Positions 22,901 through 34,122 of a stretch of DNA of 64,000 nucleotides are shown here, piece after piece. Each line of letters begins with the position of its first letter. The first letter of the stretch is position 1. A program made the translations under genes and the position numbers. The stretch is from NCBI GenBank assembly GCA_002269645.1, contig NIVC01001150.1, positions 1 to 64,000 of the forward strand. Reading direction: 5' to 3'. The notes under the pieces were generated by a model that saw only the letters and a list, made by a program, of their open reading frames with translations, had not been told where the DNA came from and ran no database searches. This DNA comes from Macrostomum lignano. Taxonomy: Eukaryota.

Positions 22901-25900
22901 CTCTCAATCCTACAGTCAACTCAAAGCCAAAGCTCTCAATCCTACAGTCAACTCAAAGCCAAAGCTCTCAATCCTACAGTCAACTCAAAGCCAAAGCTCT
23001 CAATCCTACAGTCAACTCAAAGCCAAAGCTCTCAGTTGCCACAGTCTCAGCTGGAAGCCAAAGCTCTCAGTTGCCACAGTCTCAGCTGGAAACCGAAGCT
23101 CTCAATTGCCACAGTCTCAGCTGGAAGCCGAAGCTCTCAGTTGCCACAGTCTCAGCTGGAAGCCAAAGCTCTCAGTTGCCACAGTCTCAGCTGGAAGCCA
23201 AAGCTCTCAGTTGCCACAGTCTCAGCTGGAAGCCGAAGCTCTCAGTTGCCACAGTCTCAGCTGGAAACCGAAGCTCTCAGTTGCCACAGTCTCAGCTGGA
23301 AACCGAAGCTCTCAGTTGCCACAGTCTCAGCTGGAAGCCAAAGCTCTCAGTTGCCACAGTCTCAGCTGGAAGCCAAAGCTCTCAGTTGCCACAGTCTCAG
23401 CTGGAAACCGAAGCTCTCAATTGCCACAGTCTCAGCTGGAAGCCAAAGCTCTCAGTTGCCACAGTCTCAGCTGGAAACCGAAGCTCTCAGTTGCCACAGT
23501 CTCAGCTGGAAACCGAAGCTCTCAGTTGCCACAGTCTCAGCTGGAAGCCAAAGCTCTCAGTTGCCACAGTCTCAGCTGGAAGCCGAAGCTCTCAATTGCG
23601 GTTAATGTAAAATCATGAAAGTCGTGACTCCTTTGCCAATCCTGTCAGGCTGAGTCGTCAGTCCTTTGGCGCGTCCCTCTCACCCGTCATAAAATACCCT
23701 GTAGATAATTTGCCTCGCGAGGGATTTGGTTACTCGTAGCTGGCTTTGCTCGTCTCGCTGTAAGCTGCGCGGGCTTCTAAAACTATACTACTGATATACT
23801 ACTGGCGAGTAGCATGCTGCACAAACCTACCCGCACTGCTGAACGCAGTGGCCGCTTGTACTTTGCATGGCCAGCAAATTCCGCACTCCCATTCCCTGGC
23901 TCACGGACGGCTTCGAGCCTTCGTCGGCTTTGCTCGCTCTTGCTGCTGCAGCGCAAGGGCAGGAGGTGACCATTGGCTGATGCAGCCATGCTGACAATGA
24001 CGTTTGCGAGCGCTGACGCAGGGAAGACGGGGCACTGCAGCAATGTCAGTGGGCGTGGCACTTCAGTCCTTTATTTTCTGTGCCGCCTCTACAAAAGAAA
24101 CATGAGGCATGGAACCTGGCGCAGCCTCCTCCCCTGCCTCTCCCTGACCGGCCAGGACACTCGCGACAACCGCCTGTGCGCTGCCCTTCCCCCGTCTCCA
24201 GCAGCGCCCAGCAGTGATGAATGCTGCCCCACATGGCCTCCGCCTTCGCCTATCATAGAATGGCATTTCGCTGCTAGAAAATTCTTCCTGGAGCCGCATT
24301 TCCTTCTTCGGGCGGATGCAGCGGCACTTGCGGCTCAGTCGGCATTTTTCAAAGCTGTGCATTGCTGCGTATCTCCGAAATCTCCGTGTGTACCTTTCGC
24401 TCCGCTGTTTGTGCATGCGACTGCTGCTGTCTGTTCTGCCCGTCACTCCCGCTGCACTCACTGTGTTGGTGTGTGGGCTTCTCCGTCACTCCCGCTGCAC
24501 TCACTGTGTTGGTGTGTGGGCTTCTCCGTCACTCCCGCTGCACTCACTGTGTTGGTGTGTGGGCTTCTCCGTCACTCCCGCTGCACTCACTGTGTTGGTT
24601 TGTGGGCTTCTCCGTCACTCCCGCTGCACTCACTGTTGGTGTGTGGGCTTCTCCGTCACTCCCGCTGCACTCACTGTGTTGGTGTGTGGCTTCTCCGTCA
24701 CTCCCGCTGCACTCACTGTGTTGGTGTGTTTTCTCTCACCTCCAGAATCTATAATTTCATCATTCTCACAACTTTGCTAGTTTATTGGCACAACAGTGAA
24801 GCAACCACTGCTTCCCGAGTCAGCGAAAGTTTACTAAGGCCAAAAGCCAATCATCCAGCTGTTGCTGCAAATGCAGGAGGGAAGGCTGCTGTCAGACGGG
24901 ACTTTTTAATGGATGCCACTATGCAATGCGGCCTATGCTAGCCTGGACTCAAGTGGCTGCTGACCACTTATCGCTTGGCTGCGCAGGCGCTAACCCAGCA
25001 ATTATTTATGGGCTGCCTTTCAGCAAGGCCGGCCTGTCTATGGCTGAATGCCCGACAGGACTTCAGAATCCTCCAGTCCATTCTTTCTATCCGGCATTCG
25101 TTTTGCCCGTGCAGCACTTCAGATCCCCGGCCTGCCGAATTCTAATCCTTCCTAGAATTTTGCTACCCTGATCTTTTCGCCCCTGCAGCGTCTCGCAAAT
25201 CCAATATCCCTCTCACCTGATGCAGTTCCCCATGCGCCAATCCGCCATCTCTCGTACCTGGCAAGTACACCGCGGCCCCCACCCAGACCGAGGCTTCTGC
25301 GCAGCCTTCGCTAATTTGAAAAAGCCTCCGCTGCTTCTGCTCTCCAGCTTTCACCCGGACTGCCCCGTCCTCCCTTCCTGCGCTTGTCCGTTTTTAGCTG
25401 CCGGATTCCGGACTGTCTGGCCCCAGCCAGCCACCCTGCAGTCCAGCAACCGGCGCGCCAGCCCGCTACCGCAGATTGGCCCGGCCCGCTATCAATTAGC
25501 CCGATCCCCTCTCTTCTTCTGCCCTTCTCTGCTGCTTCAGCCCGCCTGCCTCTCCAAGCTCGTCCGGCCTGGCTGTCTGCTGCAGCCTCCGCCTTCTTTC
25601 TCAAGCTTCAGCACCGTCAGTCTGACCAACGGCTAGCCGAGTACTCGGTGAGAACGCAGGGTAGAGTGAGTGAGTGGCAGCGAGGGCCAGCAGAGCTCTC
25701 GGTCAGAGCCCGCAGGGTAGATTGAGTGAGTGGCAGCGAGGGCCAGCAGAGCTCTCGGTCAGAGCCCGCAGGGTAGATTGAGTGAGTTGCAGCGAGGGCC
25801 AGCAGAGCACTCGGTGAGAGCCCGCAGGGTAGATTGAGTGAGTGGCAGCGAGGGCCAGCAGAGCTCTCGGTCAGAGCCCGCAGGGTAGATTGAGTGAGTT

Positions 25901-28900
25901 GCAGCGAGGGCCAGCAGAGCACTCGGTGAGAGCCCGCATGGTAGATTGAGTGAGTGGCAGCGAGGGCCAGCAGAGCACTCGGTCAGAGCCCGGAGGGTAG
26001 AGTGACCCGCATAGCAAGCACGAAGAGATTCTACTGTCATGCTCGGCTTTTGATCCCGAGCTTGGCCGGACCATATATGTACAATTTTATTATACTTGTA
26101 TCTTATGTTTAGCTGGCCAGATCAGTCAATAAATGGCTTCGCCTCCGGTCAGGTAACCGCCCCATTTGCTCTCTCTCCCCTGCTCTGTCCGCTTCGTGCA
26201 CCTTGTGTACTCTTTCTCTCTCCCTCCGTCGCGTCTCTCCCTCTCCGTCTCTCTGCCCCGCACCCACCCATATTCATAATTGCTTCTCTTGTGCCTTAGT
26301 TATTGTTGATGGCTTGTTTAACTCTAAATAAATTCGTTTTAAGTGTCCCACGTCGATTGGGCCTTTTGATCGCTTGCGCGCTTCGTTTCCCCCAAGTTCG
26401 CGTCCGGCTGCCTTCGTGCTCTGACCGTTAAATTAAACTGATCAAAGTAAAGTTTTTTGTATTCGAATTCAGTGTTTACCAGGACCACCAAATGTTTATA
26501 GACTTTTTTGTATTTCGATACTTTTAACCATAAACAAAAAAATTGACTGAAAAGTATAATAGAGAAAATCGTGATAATCTTAAAGTTGGTTACCGTTTCT
26601 AGTCCTAGTATTTAGTAGTCCCCGAGTTTGAATTGATGAAGCAGGTGTTCCTGCAATCTCAGCAGTTCAGCAACCCGCCAACTCCACCGACAGGCCCTAC
26701 GGGATTCAAGAGCGTCCCGAACTCTCCGCTCCCGGCTGCCCTGGGGCCTCCGTCAGCCCGGGCGGCGGCTACGGCCTCCGATCACTTCGCAGCTGCCGAC
26801 GTCGGCAACCTCATTGGGAACATCGCCGAGCTCGACTCGCTGCTGGGAGTCCGGGCCAACCCCCTGGCCAGGGAGCGGCGGGACAGCGGCATGGACTCGC
26901 CCACGCTGCTGCGGTACAGGTTGGTTATTCAACGGCTTCTCGGCTCACTCATGCAGTTTCCACCTCCACCCCATGCAGTTTCCATTGAGCTCCACTGCCA
27001 CCCCCATGCAGTTTCCATTGAGCTCCACTGCCACCCCCATGCAGTTTCCATTGAGCTCCACTGCCACCCCCATGCAGTTTCCATTGAGCTCCACCGCCAC
27101 CTCCATGCAGTTTCTTTCATGCTCTTGCCATTTCGCCCATTGTGTTTAAACTCCCATAAAAACCTGCCAGCTTAGACCTGTCAATCACGCAGCCCGCAGG
27201 CCGGTGGCATCGAAGCGGCTCCCCAGGACTGCACAGGCGAGTGCCAGCTCGGCGAAAACAACGGCAGCTGCGGCGGCATCCGACGAGGCACGAAATTTCG
27301 CTGGTCTTCGTTTGCCCGGTCGCACAGGCCCAGCATCCAGGTGCGGGAGATGCAAATAGCGGCCATGTCCATCGCCCAGATGCAGGTGCTCAAGAATGCC
27401 GCCTTCCTGGAGCTCAACAAAGTCATGCAAGAGTTCTGCCCGCCCAACAAGTCTCTGCTATCCTGGTCAGTTCCCTGCTGGTCATGGGTTGGCGGGGTCA
27501 GTTCCCTGCTGGTCATGTGTTGGCGGGGTCAGTTCCCTGCTGGTCGTGTGTTGGCGGGGTCAGTTCCCTGCTGGTCATGGGTTGGCGGGGTCAGTTCCCT
27601 GCTGGTCATGGGTTGGCGGGGTCAGTTCCCTGCTGGTCATGGGTTGGCGGGGTCAGTTCCCTGCTGGTCATGGGTTGGCGGGGTCAGTTCCCTGCTGGTC
27701 ATGGGTTGGCGGGGTCAGTTCCCTGCTGGTCATGTGTTGGCGGGTCAGTTCCCTGCTGGTCATGGGTTGGCGGGGTCAGTTCCCTGCTGGTCATAGGTTG
27801 GCGGGGTCAGTTCCCTGCTGGTCATGGGTTGGCGGGGTCAGTTCCCTGCTGGTCATGGGTTGGCGGGGTCAGTTCCCTGCTGGTCATGGGTTGGCGGGGT
27901 CATTTCCCTGCTGGTCATGGGTTGGCGGGGTCAGTTCCCTGCTGGTCATGGGTTGGCGGGGTCAGTTCCCTGCTGGTCATGGGTTGGCGGGGTCATTTTC
28001 TTGCTGGTCATGGGTTGGCGGGATCAGCTTACCGGAGCTAGACTGTTTTGTACTTTTTAAAGATTGTTATTCATGATTTCCCAAAGAAAACAGTAAAGCA
28101 CAGTTCAAGCGCGCAGGCTGCCCTGAGATGTCAGGCCAAATACCGTTTGCCCCCGCTGGAACTGCGCTGTTGAGTTTGAAGCGGAGCTTTAATCATTCCC
28201 ACATGAAATAAATGTCAGCTAGGGTAAATTCCGAGCCTCAAGTGCTGGCTGCATCTTTGCCGACCTTTCAGCGCGGAATTGAACTGCGGTTTCGGCAGCT
28301 TAGACCGAGAGGCCTCGGCGCATTTTTGTCACTGATGCGAATTGCAGTCATTTCCAAGCCTATTTAGGCAGCGCAGCGGCACATTTAACTGACAGCCAAA
28401 GAATTGACACTGCCATCAAATGACCCATCAAATCGCACGAATGATGGATGTACACAGAAATGAGAGCTGAAATTAAGGGGCCTCTGTCTTATTGTGTCAG
28501 AGGACCAAGTTCGATTCCAGATGTGACCCTAAAATTTTTGAGTGGTGATCGATCAGAAATGGCTTTAGCTGACTAGACTAAAAGCAAACTCGCATCACAT
28601 CCGGTGCGCCTCCGGTTATCCCGCCAGGTTCCTGCCGAAATTCCTGCGCCGCGCCAAGCCGCCCATCCCGCCAAGCAAAACTGCGGTGTTCGGCGTGCCG
28701 CTGACCACCGTGCAGATGCGCTGCGGCCAGCCTCTGCCGCCCTGCATCGTCCACATGATGCGCCAGCTGCGCCAGAGCGGCGTGTCCGCGCATGGCATCT
28801 TCAGGCGCACCGGCGGCAAGGCGCGGGTCTCCTCGCTCAAGGCAGAGATTGACGCGCAGCCGGATATGCGCGACTTCAGCCAGTGCCAGCCGTATGACCT

Positions 28901-31900
28901 GGCCGACCTGGTCAAGATGTACCTGCGGGAGCTACCCGAGTGCCTCGTCACTACCAAGCTGTCCCCCACGCTCATGGACTTGTTCACCTTTGTGCCCTCC
29001 GACCAGCTGCGGCTGCTGGCACTGCAGTGCGCCATGCTGCTGCTTCCCGACGAGAACAGGGAGGTTTTGCAGTCGCTGCTGTACTTCCTCAAGGACTTCG
29101 CCGAGAACGCGGACACCACGCAGATGAACGCCTCGAACCTGGCAGTGTGCCTGGCGCCCTCTTTGTTCTACTTCCCGCACGAGACCCCGACTGGGAGCGG
29201 CCTGTCGCCGCGCCGCTTCCGTCGTGCTACCGGGGTGCCCGATCCGCGCGACCTGCAGGACCACAAGGCGGCCACAGCCTGCGTCACCTTCATGATCACC
29301 CACTGCCACCAGCTGTTCACAGTGAGTAACCGCGCTGTCGGAGGGCCCTGAGTTTTAATACGCATGGATTTTGTTGGCTTTGGAGAGCCGTGAGCTGAGA
29401 GAACCGAGAGGTGGTTTAGTTGGCTATAATTCACTACCAGCCCATGTAAACTGGGCTGTCTTGGGCTCAGACTTAGACTCAGGTAGAACCGTCACTGGCC
29501 CTCCCTCCCAGTATAGCTCGGCCCGATACTGTAGGGAGATGGCACGGGAGACCTATGCAATCTGAAGCTCGGCCCGATACTGTAGGGAGATGGCACGGGA
29601 GACCTATGCAATCTGAAGCTCGGCCCGATACTGTAGGGAGATGGCACGGGAGACCTATGCAATCTGAAGCTCGGCCCGATACTGTAGGGAGATGGCACGG
29701 GAGACCTATGCAATCTGAAGCTCGGCCCGATACTGTAGGGAGATGGCACGGGAGACCTATGCAATCTGAAGCTCGGCCCGATACTGTAGGGAGATGGCAC
29801 GGGAGACCTATGCAATCTGAAGCTCGGCCCACTGCTGTAGGGAGATGGCACGGGAGACCTATGCAATCTGAAGCTCGGCCCGATACTGTAGGGAGATGGC
29901 ACGGGAGACCTATGCAATCTGAAGCTCGGCCCACTGCTGTAGGGAGATGGCACGGGAGACCTATGCAATCTGAAGCTCGGCCCGATACTGTAGGGAGATG
30001 GCACGGGAGACCTATGCAATCTGAAGCTCGGCCCACTGCTGTAGGGAGATGGCACGGGAGACCTATGCAATCTGAAGCTCGGCCCGATACTGTAGGGAGA
30101 TGGCACGGGAGACCTATGCAATCTGAAGCTCGGCCCACTGCTGTAGGGAGATGGCACGGGAGACCTATGCAATCTGAAGCTCGGCCCGATACTGTAGGGA
30201 GATGGCACGGGAGACCTATGCAATCTGAAGCTCGGCCCGATACTGTAGGGAGATGGCACGGGAGACCTATGCAATCTGAAGCTCGGCCCGATACTGTAGG
30301 GAGATGGCACGGGAGACCTATGCAATCTGAAGCTCGGCCCACTGCTGTAGGGAGATGGCACGGGAGACCTATGCAATCTGAAGCTCGGCCCACTGCTGTA
30401 GGGAGATGGCACGGGAGACCTATGCAATCTGAAGCTCGACCCCAATACTGTAGGGAGATGGCACGGGAGACCTATGCAATCTGAAGCTCGGCCCGATACT
30501 GTAGGGAGATGGCACGGGAGACCTATGCAATCTGAAGCTCGACCCCAATACTGTAGGGAGATGGCACGGGAGACCTATGCAATCTGAAGCTCGGCCCGAT
30601 ACTGTAGGGAGATGGCACGGGAGACCTATGCAATCTGAAGCTCGGCCCACTGCTGTAGGGAGATGGCACGGGAGACCTATGCAATCTGAAGCTCGGCCCG
30701 ATACTGTAGGGAGATGGCACGGGAGACCTATGCAATCTGAAGCTCGGCCCACTGCTGTAGGGAGATGGCACGGGAGACCTATGCAATCTGAAGCTCGACC
30801 CCAATACTGTAGGGAGATGGCGCGGGAGACCTATGCAATCTGAAGCTCGACCCCAATACTGTAGGGAGATGGCACGGGAGACCTATGCAATCTGAAGCTC
30901 GGCCCCACTGCTGTAGGGAGATGGCACGGGAGACCTATGCAATCTGAAGCTCAGGCTATGAAGTCGCACCCGCTCCGCAGGTGTCAGAAGAGCTCTACCG
31001 ACAAGCCGCCTTCTCCGCCGTGGAGCTGGCGGAACCGCCCGCCCTGGACTCGCTGGCCCCCGTGGACGCATCGCAGCGACGGCACTGCTTCGCCTTCGTG
31101 GATAACCACGCCCAGATGGTCGGCCGCGAGTGCTCTGAAGGTGCCGCCAAGTGGACGCCATTCAGCAGCCGCTGCGGTGTCGAGACCTTCTGCAAGAAGC
31201 TGGACGATAAGTGCCCGCTGCGCCTGTGGAAGGCTGTCATCAATGTGGAGGCTGACCCGACCAGAATCCTCAACAGGATTGTACAGGACAAGTGAGCTGC
31301 TGGGAGCGTTGATATGGACTGCCGAATTCTCTCGGTGGGGCTATTGGGGGGTTATATGATTATCAAAACTGTCGATGAGATTACCGATATTGAGAGGGTG
31401 GGTTATCTTGACTGACGGTGGGATTATCGTGACTGACGGTGGGATTATCGTGACTGACGGTGGGCTTATCGTGACTGACGGTGGGATTATCGAGACTGAC
31501 GGTGGGATTATCGTGACTGACGGTGGGATTATCGTGACTGACGGTGGGCTTATCGTGACTGACGGTGGGATTATCGAGACTGACGGTGGGATTATCGTGA
31601 CTGACGGTGGGATTATCGTGACTGACGGTGGGATTATCGTGACTGACGGTGGGATTATCGTGACTGACGGTGGGATTATCGTGACTGACGGTGGAATTAT
31701 CGTGACTGACGGTGGGATTATTGTGACTGACGGTGGGATTATTGTGACTGACGGTGGGATTATCGTGACTGACGGTGGGATTATCGTGACTGACAGTGGG
31801 ATTATCGTGACTGACGGTGGGATTATCGTGACTGACGATTGGATTATCGTGACTGACGATTGGATTATCGTGACTGACGGTTGGCTTATCGTGACTGACA

Positions 31901-32849
31901 GTGGGATTATCGTGACTTACGGTGGGATTATCGTGACTGACGGTGGGATTATTATGACTGACGGTGGGATTATTGTGACTGACGGTGGGATTATCGTGAC
32001 TGACGGTGGGATTATCGTGACTGACGGTGGGCTTATTGTGACTGACGGTGGGATTATCGTGACTGACGGTGGGATTATCGTTACTGACGGTGGGATTATT
32101 GTGGAATTTTGTGGCTCGCAGGGTGGGATTATTGTGGATGGCAGGCTGGGATTATTGTGGATGGCAGGCTGGGATTATTGTGGATGGCAGGCTGGGATTC
32201 TTGTGGATGGCAGGCTGGGATTATTGTATGGAAAGGGGTGATTATTGTGGATGGCAGGGTGGGATTATTGTGGATGGCAGGGTGGGATTATTTTGGATGG
32301 CAGGGTGGGATTATTGTGGATGGCAGGCTGGGATTCTTGTGGATGGCAGGGTGGGATTATTGTGGATGGCAGGGTGGGATTATTGTGGATGGCAGGGTGG
32401 GATTATTGTGGCTGGCAGGGTGGGATTCTGCTACAACTGATGATGGACGCCCGCCCCTCCCAAGCAGAGCCTCTTGGGACCCGGACGTGCTGAATTCAGA
32501 GCTGGTGGAGATGATCGACGACAACTCGGACGTGACCCGCTTCACGCTGACGTCGCCACCCGCCCAGCCCGCCAGGGAGCAGTGCGTGCTGCGGGCCTGG
32601 CGCTCCGCCGGCTCCCACAGCCACTGCCTGTACACGGCCTCCGTGCGGCTGCCACCCACCCCTCTGACGCTGCCGACGCTCATCCTGAACGAGGACTGGC
32701 TGATCGAGGCCTGCGGGCCCGGCAACTCGCGGGTGACGCTGCTGTCCCGGGTGGACCTGCGCGGCCACAGCCTGGAATGGTACAACAGGACCTGGGGCCA
32801 CAGCATCGCCAGGCAGCTCGTGCACCTCAACAAGTCCTTCGCTGACTGA
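13955..32849 (+). CDS. DLC1: DLC1/STARD13/STARD8 (crossveinless-c) family RhoGAP with SAM, RhoGAP and START domains; 10 exons, 1138 aa
   Basis: SAM EAAAICNWLEEAGFPQL; RERRDSG; FRWSSFARSHRPS...SIAQMQVL; RhoGAP VFGVPL...GIFRRTG...DLVKMYLRELPE...LLLPDENREVLQSLLYFL...QMNASNLAVCLAPSLF; START PLRLWKA...WD...RVDLRGHSLEWYN. Exons 13955-14180, 15231-15296, 17280-17539, 21575-22397, 25541-25647, 26645-26919, 27193-27465, 28628-29321, 30981-31291, 32468-32849 (3417 nt, all phases compatible). Likely the invertebrate co-ortholog, so the symbol is family-level; 5' and linker exons are less certain. Confidence 0.92.
15822..16545. repeat. 26-bp minisatellite (~27 copies), each unit carrying a G|GTGAGT donor consensus
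   Basis: Unit ctgctcattgcatggtgagttgcaca; 29-bp variants with an extra ttg. Confidence 0.96.
17537..17872. repeat. 84-bp tandem repeat x4 beginning at the exon-3 splice donor
   Basis: caggtaggactttg starts at 17537, 17621, 17705, 17789. Confidence 0.96.
18455..19897. repeat. 37-bp pyrimidine-rich minisatellite (~39 copies) with a 111-bp higher-order repeat near its 3' end
   Basis: Unit actctcactccagttcctcccttcatctcttagctta; trimer recurs at ~19451, 19562, 19673, 19784. Confidence 0.96.
22826..23597. repeat. Compound minisatellite: 32-bp units switching to related 35-bp units
   Basis: aagccaaagctctcaatcctacagtcaactca, then aagccaaagctctcagttgccacagtctcagctgg from ~23020. Confidence 0.95.
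24440..24728. repeat. 43-bp minisatellite (~7 copies)
   Basis: Unit ccgtcactcccgctgcactcactgtgttggtgtgtgggcttct. Confidence 0.95.
25644..26003. repeat. 56-bp minisatellite (~6 copies) starting at the exon-5 donor
   Basis: Unit ctcggtcagagcccgcagggtagattgagtgagtggcagcgagggccagcagagct; the first unit overlaps ctcg|gtgaga. Confidence 0.93.
26968..27112. repeat. 33-bp minisatellite (~4 copies) in a 273-nt intron
   Basis: Unit ccccatgcagtttccattgagctccactgccac. Confidence 0.94.
27466..28022. repeat. 31-bp minisatellite (~18 copies) beginning exactly at the exon-7 donor
   Basis: Unit gtcagttccctgctggtcatgggttggcggg. Confidence 0.96.
29518..30951. repeat. 51-bp minisatellite (~28 copies) between the RhoGAP and START exons
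   Basis: Unit actgtagggagatggcacgggagacctatgcaatctgaagctcggcccgat; variants alternate. Confidence 0.97.
31408..32428. repeat. Compound minisatellite: 21-bp units then 23-bp units, in the START-domain intron
   Basis: tgactgacggtgggattatcg to ~32100, then gggattattgtggatggcaggct. Confidence 0.96.
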
Positions 32850-34122
32850 GGCTGCCGCCGCCGGCTACTCCGCATTTACATTTCGCCAGCGGGAGGCGCC
32901 TTTCTCACGTACCCCAACTCGTGTGCTGACTACTTACAGTAGGCTTGTGCTTGACTCTGGCGCTCTGTAGCATAAACCAATCCAGACTTCTGTTTCCATG
33001 CGCTGCTTGCAATCTGTCTGCTTTACCTGTACACTTGTTGCGCAGCCCCTCTTCTCAGCCAGATCTTTCGTCTCTATCCTCTATTAGATTGTTCTCCCCT
33101 TCCCGTTTTACCTGCCTCATCTACTTGAGTTTTCCCTCCCTTGCGCCCCATCGCTTTATTAAGAATTTCTCCCAGTTGCGCTGCAGGAAGTTCAGTTGTT
33201 CGAAAAATAAAAAGGACGCAGGCTTTGCCAGTCTCAGTAACTCGTGCTCAGCATGCGCTGCTCCAAGCTTAACTCAGCTTATCTGGGTGACAACCGGCGC
33301 TGCGGGTGGCTGCGTCCGCCTTTCTCACTGAGCAGTTGAAAGCAGATTAAATCGATTCGGCGGTCATCAAACATGAGCTTATTAACTGGAATTGTAGCTA
33401 ATACCATATTACCATATAGATTCCATATTATCATATATGACTGCTACTATCTGGGAAGATGAGAGAAAACCCGTTATAATTTATTATTTCATAGAAATGT
33501 GAAAATCCGAGCTGACAGGAAAAGCATCTTGCTCAGGTTATGAAGAGCTGTCTGGCTTGAGAGTCAATTGGTTGTTGGCTGCGAGCGTGTTAATAAAAAT
33601 GATCTAAAATGACAAACCTACTCCAAGCACTCACGTTACTCATTGGTGTAACAAATCAGATTTTTACTCGTCACAAGCAATAATCCACGGATACAATTTT
33701 CTCAATGAGGTAAATAATAGGTTTAAGTTAACTTTAGGTTTCATTTTATCTTTAACTTAAAGTTAAACAGAAAAATCCTCTGAAGTGCTTATCTGAGGCA
33801 GCTCAAATTTGAGTTGCTTCAAAAGTTTAACAACCGCAATACACGGGAAGCACCCACATCAAGAGGTGTATCACGGGCCATCCAGTGAGTGCAACTGTAA
33901 GAACTGCAAGTGGTTTACATGCATTGGCATCGCCGGGAATTCTTGCAAAGAATCAATCTTCTCGCTGGGAGTTTTTCATTGCAGAATTGCCATAGACTAA
34001 GCACTAAATGTCGCTCTATTTAGCCGAATTAGCTCCCGAGTACCCAACGTCGGCGCATGATTGCATGTATTCCCTGCTGAACCACCAAGATTGCACTGCG
34101 CCAGGCACTCATTTATTGACCA

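Noticed and set aside
22809-24941. ORFs 22809-23618 and 23973-24941
   Set aside because: Driven by the 35-bp and 43-bp arrays; no domain similarity.
29479-30843. Repetitive ORFs on both strands (QSEARPDTVGRWHGRPM etc.)
   Set aside because: 51-bp intronic minisatellite; the RhoGAP and START exons join in phase without it.
31375-32241. TDGGIIV repeat protein (beta-helix/antifreeze-like appearance)
   Set aside because: 21-bp intronic minisatellite between two phase-compatible START exons.
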